DNA of 64,000 nt from an uncultured Muribaculaceae bacterium (GCA_910577355.1 CAJTMY010000005.1:25095-89094), one strand, 5' to 3'; positions 49,412-59,787 are shown, counted from the first letter of the stretch. The notes: generated by a model from the sequence alone, not told the origin. A program made the numbers and translations.

Positions 49412-50194
49412 TCAGTTATAGGCGCGCAGGCGCATGAGCATTTCGTCAAAATCCACCTTATGAGCATCAAACTCAGGGCCGTCGACACATACAAAGCGCA
49501 TGCGGCCGTCGACCGTTATGCGGCAGGCGCCGCACATGCCGGTACCGTCGACCATGATGGTATTGAGCGAGCATGTGGTGGGCACATTATATTTTTCGGT
49601 AAGCTTGGCCACGAATTTCATCATTATGGCCGGGCCGATGGTCACCACTTCCTGTACAGGCTCGCGCAGCAGTACTTTCTCCACGCCTTCGGTCACGAGA
49701 CCCTTGTTGCCGTACGAGCCGTCGTCGGTCATGATTATCACCTCGTCGGAGTATTCGGCCACCTGTTTCTCGAGTATTATCAGGTCTTTGGTGCGGGCGG
49801 CGAGCACTGATATCACGCGGTTGCCGGCCTCTTTCATGGCACGGATAATGGGCAGCAGCGGAGCTACGCCCACACCGCCGCCGCAGCATACCACTGTCCC
49901 GCGTTTTTCAATGTGGGTGGCACGGCCCAGCGGGCCCACCACGTCGTGCAGATATTGTCCCGGCTCGAAGCTGCATATTTTCTCGGTCGAGGCACCTATG
50001 GCCTGTATCACGAGTGTTATGGTGCCGCGCTCCTTGTCGGCATCGGCGATGGTGAGCGGTATGCGCTCGCCCTTGGCGTCGGGGATCACGATGACGAAAT
50101 GCCCCGGTCGGCGCGAGCGAGCAATGAGCGGCGCCTCCACGACGAGTTTCACAACCCGCTCCGAGAAGTGTTCTTTTTCAAGGATCTTATTCAT
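49412..50194 (-). CDS. Sulfide/dihydroorotate-dehydrogenase-like FAD/NAD-binding subunit with C-terminal 2Fe-2S motif (NfnA-like)
   Basis: Ferredoxin-reductase fold: GHFVIV, RIPLTIA and GGGVGVAPL. The C-terminal Cys cluster is MVDGTGMCGACRI...FVCVDGPEF. It is paired with the NfnB-like gene. Confidence 0.85.
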   Translation of the reverse strand: MNKILEKEHFSERVVKLVVEAPLIARSRRPGHFVIVIPDAKGERIPLTIADADKERGTITLVIQAIGASTEKICSFEPGQYLHDVVGPLGRATHIEKRGTVVCCGGGVGVAPLLPIIRAMKEAGNRVISVLAARTKDLIILEKQVAEYSDEVIIMTDDGSYGNKGLVTEGVEKVLLREPVQEVVTIGPAIMMKFVAKLTEKYNVPTTCSLNTIMVDGTGMCGACRITVDGRMRFVCVDGPEFDAHKVDFDEMLMRLRAYN

Positions 50195-51434
50195 GGTTTC
50201 TGATATGGTTTACAAGTTGGAGCATCGCTTCGGTGGTGGCGCGGTCGATGACTCGGGCGCGGTTGCCCGGGAAGTGGAATTCGTGCGAATTCACCTTGCC
50301 GTCCATGCACCATGCCATCCACACGGTGCCGACGGGCTTCTCGGGTGAGCCTCCGCCCGGGCCGGCTATGCCGCTTGTGGCCATGGCGCAGCGCGCGCCG
50401 GTGAGCTCGCACACACCTCGGGCCATCTGTTCAACCACCGGCCGGCTCACGGCGCCATGTGCGGCAAGATCGTCAACACTCACCCCGAGCACTTTGTGTT
50501 TCACATCGTTGGAGTAGCTTACCACCGAGCCGAGGTATACGTCAGAAGCTCCGGCTATGGCTGTGATACGCGAGGCTATTGCGCCTCCGGTGCAGCTTTC
50601 GGCCGATGCCACGGTGAGATTGCGGCGGCGTAGTGTGTCGAGCAGTATCTCGGCAGCCGTGGCGTCGCCGTCGTATATGAGATTTCGTCCGAGCTCATGG
50701 CATAGTTTGGAGAATGCCCGGTCGAATACCTGTCTGAATTCGGTATCGTCGACCTTGGCATGGCCGTCGAGGCGCAGGCGTATAAGACCCGGAGTGGGGA
50801 GGTATGCCAGATGCAACCCCGGTGCGAGGCCGCGTTCGTAGTTCTCGAGACGCTCCGACAGCGCGCTCTCTGTAATGCCGGTCACCATGGCCGAGCGGTG
50901 CAGAAGCTGCATGTCGCTGTGGTAATGCTCTGTGGCCTGCCTGGCCACTTCGGGCAGCATGCCTTCGGTCTCGAACGGCACCCCCGGCATCGATACCAGT
51001 ACCTTGCCGTCGCGCTCAAACCACATTATCGGAGCCGTGCCGTACAGATTCTGTATCACGCGGCAGCTCGACGGCACCATGGCCTGTGCCTCAGTGGAGG
51101 CATTGAGCCTGAGTCCGCGCAGGTCGAATACGCGGCGTATGTTCTCGGACACCGACTCATCACGCACGAGGCGGCCGCCGAAATTTTCCATCAGAACCTT
51201 CTTGGTGATGTCGTCCTTGGTGGGGCCGAGGCCGCCGGTGGTTATCACGAAGTCCGACGAGTCGAAGGCTCGGTTGAGCGCGTCGGATATGTCGCGTGCG
51301 TCGTCGCCCACGGTGCTTACCGATGCCACCTGCCATCCAAGCGGGTCGAATGTGCGGGCTATCGCGCCCGAATTTGTGTCGGTGACCTGCCCGAGCAGTA
51401 TCTCGTCGCCGATAACGATTATTGACAGTTTCAT
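50187..51434 (-). CDS. cinA: Competence/damage-inducible protein CinA (MoCF-binding domain plus nicotinamide-nucleotide amidohydrolase domain)
   Basis: N-terminal IIVIGDEILLGQVTDTNS ... ITTGGLGPTKDDITK. The C-terminal PncC-like domain contains SAESCTGG. Confidence 0.9.
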   Translation of the reverse strand: MKLSIIVIGDEILLGQVTDTNSGAIARTFDPLGWQVASVSTVGDDARDISDALNRAFDSSDFVITTGGLGPTKDDITKKVLMENFGGRLVRDESVSENIRRVFDLRGLRLNASTEAQAMVPSSCRVIQNLYGTAPIMWFERDGKVLVSMPGVPFETEGMLPEVARQATEHYHSDMQLLHRSAMVTGITESALSERLENYERGLAPGLHLAYLPTPGLIRLRLDGHAKVDDTEFRQVFDRAFSKLCHELGRNLIYDGDATAAEILLDTLRRRNLTVASAESCTGGAIASRITAIAGASDVYLGSVVSYSNDVKHKVLGVSVDDLAAHGAVSRPVVEQMARGVCELTGARCAMATSGIAGPGGGSPEKPVGTVWMAWCMDGKVNSHEFHFPGNRARVIDRATTEAMLQLVNHIRNHE

Positions 51435-52456
51435 ATGCTTGTGCGTGCGTATGGTACCTCGTCGTAGGCGCAGAAGTCGCGGTCGAGGTATTTGAAGTAT
51501 CCGGCCATGGCCACCATGGCGGCGTTGTCAGTGGTGAATGCCCGCTCGGGTATGAAGGCGGTGAGGCCGCGGCGCTCGCAGAATTCCGCCACTGCGGTGC
51601 GTATGCCTGAGTTGGCCGATACACCGCCGCCTATGGCCACGGTATTCACACAGGTAAGGTCGACGGCCTTGGCAAGTTTGTCGAGCAGGATGTCGATTAT
51701 CGTGGCCTGCAACGATGCTGCCAGGTCGGCCTTGTTTTTCTCCACGAAATCCGCATCGAGCCGTATGGCGTCGCGCAGCGTGTACAGAAATGATGTCTTG
51801 AGTCCGCTGAAACTGTAATCAAGCCCGGGAATATGGGGCCTGGCAAATCGGAAGGCCCTGGCATCGCCCTCGGCGGCAAGGCGGTCGATGTGCGGGCCGC
51901 CGGGGTAGGGGAGTCCCATCGTCTTGGCGCACTTGTCGAAGGCCTCGCCGGCGGCGTCGTCGATGGTGCGGCCCAGTATCTCCATGTCGTTATAGGCGCG
52001 CACCAGTATTATCTGGCTGTTTCCGCCCGATATGAGCAGACACAGAAATGGGAATTCGGGCACCCGGTCATCGGCCTTGCGGCGTACGAAGTGGCTCAGC
52101 ACATGGCCGTGTAGATGGTTTACGTCAATAATGGGGATGCGTAACCCTAACGACATTCCTTTGGCAAAACTCGTGCCCACGAGCAGCGAACCGAGCAGTC
52201 CCGGGCCGCGGGTGAAGGCGATGGCCGACAGGTCTTCCTTGCATATGCCGGCGCGCCGTATGGCCGCGTCGACCACCGGCACTATATTCTGCTGATGGGC
52301 GCGCGAAGCCAGTTCGGGCACTACGCCGCCGTATTCCTCGTGCACGCTCTGCGAGGCGATGACATTGCTCAGCAATATGCCGTCGCGTATCACCGCCGCC
52401 GAGGTATCGTCGCAACTCGACTCTATGCCGAGTATCGTCACACTGTCCGAGGCCAT
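51431..52456 (-). CDS. tsaD: tRNA N6-adenosine threonylcarbamoyltransferase
   Basis: ILGIESSCDDTSAAV, GVVPELASRAH, TRGPGLLGSLLVG and VNHLHGH motifs. The start at MASDSVT (52456) overlaps the upstream stop by 1 nt. Confidence 0.93.
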   Translation of the reverse strand: MASDSVTILGIESSCDDTSAAVIRDGILLSNVIASQSVHEEYGGVVPELASRAHQQNIVPVVDAAIRRAGICKEDLSAIAFTRGPGLLGSLLVGTSFAKGMSLGLRIPIIDVNHLHGHVLSHFVRRKADDRVPEFPFLCLLISGGNSQIILVRAYNDMEILGRTIDDAAGEAFDKCAKTMGLPYPGGPHIDRLAAEGDARAFRFARPHIPGLDYSFSGLKTSFLYTLRDAIRLDADFVEKNKADLAASLQATIIDILLDKLAKAVDLTCVNTVAIGGGVSANSGIRTAVAEFCERRGLTAFIPERAFTTDNAAMVAMAGYFKYLDRDFCAYDEVPYARTSI

Positions 52457-52962
52457 CAGAACACGTAGCTTAACCCGGCGGTGATAAACACCCCCGAGTA
52501 TGATTTGATGAATGAATACTTGGCCTCGATGTTGAATTTGATGGTCGACGAGCAACGCAGGTCGAATCCGGCTCCGATATTGGCGCCGAAACGGCTTGTA
52601 TGCACGGTGGCCTTTCCTCCGTCGACCGTAGGTACATTGTGTTTGCCCCACGAATTGAACGTAACACCCGCAAGCGGATACAGAGCCGCCCGTCCCTCGC
52701 TTACGTCAAAAGGCGTGTGTACGTTCAGGTCAATGAGGAGAGCGTCCTCGTTGTCGTGACGGAAAGCGCCTCCGATCTCCGGGGCGATACGCACATGCGA
52801 TGATAATGCGTATTGGAATGTTATACCGGCCACTGCCGACGAGTTGTGCGATATATAGCCGGCCTTTACCCCGAGTGCTTTTTCACCTCGCTGCATCTGT
52901 GCCGTCACACAAGGTATGGCAGCTATGAGCAACAACAGTGCTGACAATAATTTCTTTAACAT
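52456..52962 (-). CDS. Small outer-membrane beta-barrel protein (OmpW/OmpX-like size)
   Basis: Signal peptide, alternating beta-strand pattern and a C-terminal ...AGLSYVF. Confidence 0.7.
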   Translation of the reverse strand: MLKKLLSALLLLIAAIPCVTAQMQRGEKALGVKAGYISHNSSAVAGITFQYALSSHVRIAPEIGGAFRHDNEDALLIDLNVHTPFDVSEGRAALYPLAGVTFNSWGKHNVPTVDGGKATVHTSRFGANIGAGFDLRCSSTIKFNIEAKYSFIKSYSGVFITAGLSYVF

Positions 52963-52984
52963 CTGTATAAGTTATAATTTGCCG

Positions 52985-52992
52985 CAAAGATA
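52985..52992 (-). promoter_or_regulatory. Candidate -7 promoter box TATCTTTG for the OM-barrel/tsaD gene run
   Basis: Exact TAnnTTTG match on the minus strand, about 23 nt upstream of the ATG at 52962. Confidence 0.45.
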
Positions 52993-53317
52993 ACGTTTTT
53001 TTACGTTAATTACAAGTCGTTTTGTCAAAGGTCATACTTGGATTTACGGATTAAAATTCAAAGGCCCCTTGAAAATTTATGCGAATCCGTGTGTGCCGCC
53101 CGATCAGTTCCCGTTACGGAAAAGTTCCGGTATGTGAAGCTTATACATGTCGGAGTATTTTATGTTAAGAAACATGAAAATATTTTAAACTTTATCTAAA
53201 TCAAGGTTGTTTGTTTTTCATGATTTAACAACCAACTGCCCGCTTCCAACCCATCCCGATTCATTCGAAGGAAAAGGCCGGGACAGGCAATAAAACCTTA
53301 TCAAAATAATCTTATTT

Positions 53318-56300
53318 ATGAGAAAACATCTGTTTGTGACTCTGTTGTTGGCCTGCGGGATGACGCATACGGGCTCTTTTGCCGTGTATGCCGCTCCGCT
53401 GCCGCAGCAGCAAAGCCAGCCGGTGGTTACTGTCAACGGTACTGTGCTGGATGAGAACAACGAACCCGTGATAGGTGCTTCGGTATATGAGAAAGACAAC
53501 AAGACCAATGCAGCCGCCACCGATTTTGACGGAAATTTCGCCCTCAATCTCGCGCCAGGCACCATGCTGCGTATCAGTTATGTAGGTTATAAGACATTGG
53601 AAGTGGCCGCCTCGCAGGGCATGCAGGTGTATCTCGAGCCTACCACCGAGCAGCTCAACGAACTGGTAGCGATAGGCTATGGCACTCAGAAACGCGCCAA
53701 CCTCACAGGCGCTGTCGCCACTGTGGATGTGGCCCGGGTGATGGACAGCCGCCCCGTGTCCGATGCCACCAAGGCCCTTCAGGGCGCTATCCCCGGCCTC
53801 ACCATCACCTCCGGCTCTGGCTCGCTCAACGAGGATGCCACAATTCGCGTGCGAGGTACAGGCACACTTACCAACGGCCAGAATTCCGCGCCATTGATTG
53901 TAGTTGACGGTGTTCCGGTCGACGACCTCAACTTTGTGAATCCCGACGATATCGAGGCTATCAGCGTGCTCAAGGACGCGTCGTCGAGCGCCATCTACGG
54001 TTCGCGTGCATCGTTTGGCGTGATACTTATCACCACCAAGAACCCGAGCAAGGAAGACCGTGTGTCGGTGTCGTACTCGGCCAACTTCGGCTGGAGTGGC
54101 GCCACGGTGTTGCCGCAATTTGCCAATACCGTCGACCAGATAAAAACCTCCCTCCAAGGCTACTACCGTAATCCCACGCCAGGCAACGCGGCCACCGAGG
54201 TGGGCGGTATGAACTACAAGCAGCTGTTGCCCTTCGCCGAGGCATGGCAACAGCTGCATGGCGGCAAGCCTTACAAGGAATACTGCGAGTTGCATCCTTA
54301 CGTCGACGAGAACAATGTTGGCGACTTCTATGTCTATAAAGACAATCAGGGCAACGACCAATGGCTGCGCTACGCCGATTGGGATCTGGCCTCGACACTG
54401 TTCAGCAACCACGCTCCGTCGCAGAAACACAACGTGACCCTTGAAGGCACTTCCGGCAAGACACAGTATCGCCTGTCGTTCGGCTACGACAGCCGGCAGG
54501 GCACGATGAAGATAAATCCCGACAAGCTCAACCGTTATACAGCCAATGCCAACGTCTCCACCGAGATAACATCGTGGCTCAAGGCCGGCACACGCATCAG
54601 CTACACGCAGCGTGAGTTCATGGAGCCGAACACAGGCCGCAACTCATACCAATATCTGTGGCGCTGGGCACCGTATATGGAGACCTACGGATGGATAACC
54701 AATCCAGCCGACGACAAGCCCCTTACATTCCGCAACGAGATAATGAACCGCGGGCAGGCCTATACCGAGAAGACCGTATCGCGCTCCACCCGTCTGCAGG
54801 CATGGATCAATGCCGAGATAATCAAGGGACTCAACCTTCAGGCCGACTTCACATACGACGTGCGCACGGTGAACAACCATTCGGCGTGGGCTCTCGTGAA
54901 GGGATGGAACGGCTGGGGCAGCGCATACAGCATATACCAGTGGCCCACCGCCGGACAGCCTTCGACCCGAGCCCGCAAGTGGAGCCGCACTTCCGACCGC
55001 TGGACGATGAACGTATTTGCCACTTACGCCAGAACATTTGCCAACGCCCACAACCTAAAGGTGATGCTCGGCGCATCGGCCGAACAATACCGTAGGGACG
55101 GCATTGACGGGTACCGTTATGGATTGGTGGACTACTCTCTGCCACACATCGCTCTTACCGACGGTGGCATAGGCGGTACGAACATGTATGTGACGGGAGA
55201 TGATGATCACCGCGCCACAGCAGGATTCTTCGGCCGTGTAAACTACGACTATAACGGCATATATCTTTTTGAGTTCAACCTGCGTCGCGACGGTTCCACC
55301 TCCTTCCCGGCCAACGACCAATGGGCATGGTTCCCGTCGGTATCCGCCGGCTACCGCTTCTCGGAGGAGAACTACTTCGCCCCGCTCAAGAAAATCATTT
55401 CCAACGGTAAGATACGCGCCAGCTACGGCCATATAGGCAATGAGGGTGTGCCGGAATTCACATTCCTGCCTACCATTGATCTCGGCAATCAGAATGTCAA
55501 CTGGATCACGTCGCAGGGCATACTCGCAAGCTCGGCAAGCGTGCCGAAACTCGTATCGAAGTCGCTGACATGGGAGCGCATCGAGACTGCCGACATAGGT
55601 CTCGACCTCGGGCTCTTCAACAATCAGCTCACATTGGGCTTTGACTGGTATCAGCGGCTTACCAATGATATGCTCGCTCCGGGCATGCCGGCACCATCCA
55701 CCCTCGGTATATCCGTGCCCCTGCGCAACGCCGGCAGCCTGCGCACACGCGGATGGGAACTCTCCGTAGGATGGAACCGCAGCTTCGGCGACGCGATGGT
55801 ATATGCACAGTTCAACCTCTCGGACGCTCAGTCGAAGGTGACCCGCTGGGACTCCAACGACAACAACACCCTGTATTCCTACACCGCCGGCAAGAGCGGA
55901 TACCTGTTCTTCGAGGGTCAGAACTTCGGCGACGTCTACGGCTTTGAGGTAGACCGCTACTTCGAGGAGTCGGACTTCACCGGCAAGAACGAGAACGGCG
56001 TATGGCAGTATGCTCCCGGCGTGGCCAACCAGGACTATCTGGCCTATAACCCCTTCACCTTCGGCCCCGGCGACGTGAAGTTTGTGGATCAGAACGGCGA
56101 CGGCGTCATCAACAACGGCAACGACAAGATGATACGGCTCGATGGCAAGACCTACGTCCCCGGGCAGGAAGGCTATGAGGCTGCACTGGCCAATCCCAAC
56201 CACCGCGCCGTGCCGGTAGGCACCGTGGACAACTGCGGCGACCTGAAAGTGGTGGGCAACGCCCTGCCGCGCTACGAATATTCGTTCCGTATAGGAGGCG

Positions 56301-56869
56301 CATGGAAAGGTTTTGATCTCGACTTGTATTTCCAGGGCGTTGGCAAGCGCAAGATGTGGCAGCTCTCAAGTTTCAACATCCCGTTCGCGGCCAAGAACGA
56401 CGGTATCTTCCAGCATCAGCTCGATGGCGGATTCAATAAGTATATCGTGAATGACGCCGACCAGATTATAGGTTATGAAATCGACCAGAACAACCTCTAT
56501 CCCGCACTCTACGGAGGTGTGTTCGGCTACAACAGCCGCATGCGCGCCACCTGCGATCAGGGCCTCAATAACTTCACATGCAGCGACCGCTACATGGTCA
56601 ACATGGCCTATCTGCGCATGAAGAACATCACCGTGGGCTACACCATACCGGTTGACCTCACCAAGAAAGCCTATATACAGCGCGCCCGCGTATACTTCAG
56701 CTGCGAGAATCCGTTCTTTATCTACAACGGCGCAGGCAAGTACAGCATCGACCCCGAGCTGACGCGTGGCGAGGCCGCCTCGGCATACAGCGCCAACGGC
56801 AACGCCGCCATGTATCGCGTGGCTCCGATATTGCGCACATATTCATTCGGTCTTCAGGTAACATTTTAA
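53318..56869 (+). CDS. susC: SusC/RagA-family TonB-linked outer-membrane transporter
   Basis: Signal peptide, a carboxypeptidase-regulatory-like domain (VNGTVLDENNEPVIGASVY), the TonB box/plug ELVAIGYGTQKRANLTGAVATV, and a barrel ending in ...SFGLQVTF. 1183 aa. Confidence 0.93.
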   Translation: MRKHLFVTLLLACGMTHTGSFAVYAAPLPQQQSQPVVTVNGTVLDENNEPVIGASVYEKDNKTNAAATDFDGNFALNLAPGTMLRISYVGYKTLEVAASQGMQVYLEPTTEQLNELVAIGYGTQKRANLTGAVATVDVARVMDSRPVSDATKALQGAIPGLTITSGSGSLNEDATIRVRGTGTLTNGQNSAPLIVVDGVPVDDLNFVNPDDIEAISVLKDASSSAIYGSRASFGVILITTKNPSKEDRVSVSYSANFGWSGATVLPQFANTVDQIKTSLQGYYRNPTPGNAATEVGGMNYKQLLPFAEAWQQLHGGKPYKEYCELHPYVDENNVGDFYVYKDNQGNDQWLRYADWDLASTLFSNHAPSQKHNVTLEGTSGKTQYRLSFGYDSRQGTMKINPDKLNRYTANANVSTEITSWLKAGTRISYTQREFMEPNTGRNSYQYLWRWAPYMETYGWITNPADDKPLTFRNEIMNRGQAYTEKTVSRSTRLQAWINAEIIKGLNLQADFTYDVRTVNNHSAWALVKGWNGWGSAYSIYQWPTAGQPSTRARKWSRTSDRWTMNVFATYARTFANAHNLKVMLGASAEQYRRDGIDGYRYGLVDYSLPHIALTDGGIGGTNMYVTGDDDHRATAGFFGRVNYDYNGIYLFEFNLRRDGSTSFPANDQWAWFPSVSAGYRFSEENYFAPLKKIISNGKIRASYGHIGNEGVPEFTFLPTIDLGNQNVNWITSQGILASSASVPKLVSKSLTWERIETADIGLDLGLFNNQLTLGFDWYQRLTNDMLAPGMPAPSTLGISVPLRNAGSLRTRGWELSVGWNRSFGDAMVYAQFNLSDAQSKVTRWDSNDNNTLYSYTAGKSGYLFFEGQNFGDVYGFEVDRYFEESDFTGKNENGVWQYAPGVANQDYLAYNPFTFGPGDVKFVDQNGDGVINNGNDKMIRLDGKTYVPGQEGYEAALANPNHRAVPVGTVDNCGDLKVVGNALPRYEYSFRIGGAWKGFDLDLYFQGVGKRKMWQLSSFNIPFAAKNDGIFQHQLDGGFNKYIVNDADQIIGYEIDQNNLYPALYGGVFGYNSRMRATCDQGLNNFTCSDRYMVNMAYLRMKNITVGYTIPVDLTKKAYIQRARVYFSCENPFFIYNGAGKYSIDPELTRGEAASAYSANGNAAMYRVAPILRTYSFGLQVTF

Positions 56870-56880
56870 CATCCACCACA

Positions 56881-58713
56881 ATGAAAACATCAATTATAAC
56901 AGGCATATTGGCCGTGGCTGCCATCGGCACGCTCACCGGCTGCAACGATTTCCTCGACCGCAACCGATTTCCCGAGGATACAATAGTCGACTCGCCCCAG
57001 GCCTGGGAGAGCGAGCCCCTCGTAAAGGCCGAATGCGAGGCCTTCTACAACGAATATACCGGCTACGGCAACGGCGCCTCGTGGGTCAACAACTTCGTGT
57101 ACCGCTCCATCAGCGACGACCAGTGCGCCAAGATGCAGTCGGGCTCGGGTATAATCTTCGCCACATGGGAGTATCAGTACGCCCCCACTTCCAACAGCAT
57201 CTGGGATGCTGCCTATCAGGTGATACGCCGCTGCAACACAGTCATCACCAATGTGATGAAAAACACTATGGAGACTCCGGTGAAAGCTAACTATGTGGGC
57301 ATAGCGCGTATGAACCGCGCCTACCAGTACTGGAGCCTCGTGCGCAGCTTCGGCGATGTGTGCTGGGTCAACAATGTGCTGGCTCTCGACTCGGCAGGTC
57401 TGTACGGCCCGCGCGTCGACCGCAACATAGTGATGGATTCGGTGCTCGCCGATCTCGACTTCGCCGTGGCCAATATCGCGCAGAAGAGCAACAAGATAGA
57501 ATTCTCGCGCGACATGGCCAACGCCATGAAGTCGCAGATATGTCTATTCGAGGCCGCATACGCCCGCTATCACGACAACGACGAAGCCCGTGCACGCAAG
57601 TACTACGGAGAGGTGGTGAAGGCATGCGACGCCGTGAAGGACTCATACACGCTCGCTCCCACATATCGCCAGAACTACAACTCGATGCGCGGCGTACAGG
57701 GCGCCCTCAACCTTCAGGACAACCCCGAGATGATATTCTGCAAGACATATATACAGGGTATACTCGGCCACTCGATGATAAAATATCTCAGCTCCAAGAC
57801 TCCCGTGTGCGGCATGACCAAGGATGCATTCGATGCATATCTGTTCAAGGACGGCAAGCCTCTCGCCCTCACATCCGAGAACACCGGCGATGCCGGCAAG
57901 TGGATCAAGACCGGCGAGGAAACCGATATCAACGGCAACGTGACCGAGATAGGGTATGTCGACATATCCGATGTGCTGGCCGTGCGCGACGGGCGTCTGG
58001 CTCAGACAATCGACCCTGCTCTCGGATTCACCGGCGTCACCAATACTCGCGTGGGCACGACAGGCAAGCCTATCTCCGATCCCATTGCCTCCAATACCGG
58101 CTACACGATAATGAAGTATGTCAACCCCGTGATGACCTATGACCAGTGCACCAACGACGGCTCCAACGCCGTGTGCGCCCCGATATACTGGCTGTCGAAC
58201 GTATATCTCGATTACCTCGAAGCCCGGGCCGAACTCGGCGAGCTCACCGACGACGACATCACCAAGTGCATGAAGCCCCTGTGGGACCGTGCCGGCATCG
58301 ACACCTCGGCACTGAGCAAGTCGTATCTCGATAACATGAACGACCCCGCCAACAATATGGGAGTCTCGAGTCTGCTGTGGGAGATACGTCGCTGCCGCCG
58401 CTGCGAACTGATGTTCGACAACTACACCCGCTACTGGGATCTCGTGCGCTGGCACAAGCTCGACCTGCTCGATACCGTTGAGCATCCCGAGATAGCGCTC
58501 GGCGCCAATCTTTCCAACGTGCCTGCCGCCAATACATCGGGAGTTGTGCTCACCGGCGGATATATCGACGGAGCGAAGAACGCAGCCGGCACATCGGTGC
58601 GCCGCTTCGAGGAGCGCCAGTACCTGTCGCCGCTCGGCACCGCCCTGATCACCCTTTACCGCGACAAAGGCATCAACGACTTCCACCAGAATCCCGGCTG
58701 GGAAGGCAACTGA
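56881..58713 (+). CDS. susD: SusD/RagB-family nutrient-binding outer-membrane lipoprotein
   Basis: Lipobox LTGC followed by NDFLDR, 610 aa, TPR-like helical body. Located 11 nt after susC. Confidence 0.9.
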   Translation: MKTSIITGILAVAAIGTLTGCNDFLDRNRFPEDTIVDSPQAWESEPLVKAECEAFYNEYTGYGNGASWVNNFVYRSISDDQCAKMQSGSGIIFATWEYQYAPTSNSIWDAAYQVIRRCNTVITNVMKNTMETPVKANYVGIARMNRAYQYWSLVRSFGDVCWVNNVLALDSAGLYGPRVDRNIVMDSVLADLDFAVANIAQKSNKIEFSRDMANAMKSQICLFEAAYARYHDNDEARARKYYGEVVKACDAVKDSYTLAPTYRQNYNSMRGVQGALNLQDNPEMIFCKTYIQGILGHSMIKYLSSKTPVCGMTKDAFDAYLFKDGKPLALTSENTGDAGKWIKTGEETDINGNVTEIGYVDISDVLAVRDGRLAQTIDPALGFTGVTNTRVGTTGKPISDPIASNTGYTIMKYVNPVMTYDQCTNDGSNAVCAPIYWLSNVYLDYLEARAELGELTDDDITKCMKPLWDRAGIDTSALSKSYLDNMNDPANNMGVSSLLWEIRRCRRCELMFDNYTRYWDLVRWHKLDLLDTVEHPEIALGANLSNVPAANTSGVVLTGGYIDGAKNAAGTSVRRFEERQYLSPLGTALITLYRDKGINDFHQNPGWEGN

Positions 58714-58737
58714 GCCTGATAATAAGTTACGTAAAAT

Positions 58738-58769
58738 GTCCCGCAGCTACCTGTGCGGGACGTTTTTTT
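58738..58769 (+). terminator. Intrinsic terminator after susD
   Basis: 8-bp stem gtcccgca / tgcgggac with an 8-nt loop, followed by GTTTTTTT. Confidence 0.7.
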
Positions 58770-58821
58770 GGTGTTATATTTGCATGTGTGGGGATTTCTT
58801 CCGAAATTTGCCAACCGAATT

Positions 58822-59787
58822 ATGAGCATGAAACCTTATCCGTTAAAATTCGCGCCTGTATTCAAGCCTACCATATGGGGGGGCGACAGGATTGCCCGCT
58901 TCAAGGGGATGGAGTTGTCGCGTGCCGATATAGGCGAGAGTTGGGAAATATCGGCCATGGAGGGCAGCGAGAGCGTGCTCGGCAACGGCTGTTATGCCGG
59001 TGCCACGCTGCCGGAGCTTGCCGGGCGGTTCGGAGCGGAGCTTATCGGCACTAAGGTGAGCGCGAGATTCGGCAACAGGTTTCCGCTCCTTATAAAATTC
59101 CTTGACGCCAATCAGGATCTGTCGTTGCAGGTGCATCCCAACGAGCAGCTTGCGCGCCGGCGCCACAATGCATCGGGCAAGAGCGAGATGTGGTATGTGG
59201 TGGATTGCCGACCCGGCACGCGCATATATGCGGGATTCTCTCGGTCGCTGACGCCGAAGCGTTTCCGCCGTCTTGTCGATGAGAACAATCTGCTGCCTTC
59301 GCTGGGCTGCTATGATTCGTGCCCGGGCGATGTGTATTATCTTGCGGCGGGTACCATACACGGCATAGGTGCGGGCAATTTTCTGGTTGAAATTCAGGAG
59401 TCGAGCGACATCACTTACCGTGTGAGCGACTACGGGCGCAAGGGAGCCGACGGCAAGCCGCGCGAGCTGCATGTCGACCAGGCTATCGAGGCGCTTGACT
59501 TTTGGCCCAACCCGGGGATACGGCATACGCCGCGGCCCGATACGGATGCTGAGCTGGTATGCTGCCCTTATTTCAACGTGTGCCGTCTGATGGTGGACGG
59601 CAGCCGCGAAATGGATATGTCGGGCGAGAGCTTCATGGCGCTTGTGTGCATAGCGGGCAGCGGGAGCGTGGATACTCCGGGCTGCGATGCGGTGGCTATC
59701 TCGCAGGGCGAGACGGTGCTTGTGCCGGCGTCGCTGCCGAGGTTCACCCTCACGGGCAGGATGACGTTGCTTACGGCGACATTGTAA
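58822..59787 (+). CDS. manA: Class I mannose-6-phosphate isomerase (cupin type)
   Basis: PLKFAPVFKPTIWGG, ESWEIS, PLLIKFLDANQDLSLQVHP and EMWYV motifs. The start MSMKPYPL at 58822 lies downstream of the susD terminator. Confidence 0.88.
   Translation: MSMKPYPLKFAPVFKPTIWGGDRIARFKGMELSRADIGESWEISAMEGSESVLGNGCYAGATLPELAGRFGAELIGTKVSARFGNRFPLLIKFLDANQDLSLQVHPNEQLARRRHNASGKSEMWYVVDCRPGTRIYAGFSRSLTPKRFRRLVDENNLLPSLGCYDSCPGDVYYLAAGTIHGIGAGNFLVEIQESSDITYRVSDYGRKGADGKPRELHVDQAIEALDFWPNPGIRHTPRPDTDAELVCCPYFNVCRLMVDGSREMDMSGESFMALVCIAGSGSVDTPGCDAVAISQGETVLVPASLPRFTLTGRMTLLTATL

Noticed and set aside
52963-53317. The 355-nt gap upstream of susC examined for a small RNA, small ORF or promoter.
   Set aside because: I found only short AT palindromes (for example taacgt-N6-acgtta at 52991-53008 and aaaatatttt). 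There is no plus-strand TAnnTTTG box, no conserved-looking structure and no ORF with a plausible start. Nothing is supportable by eye.
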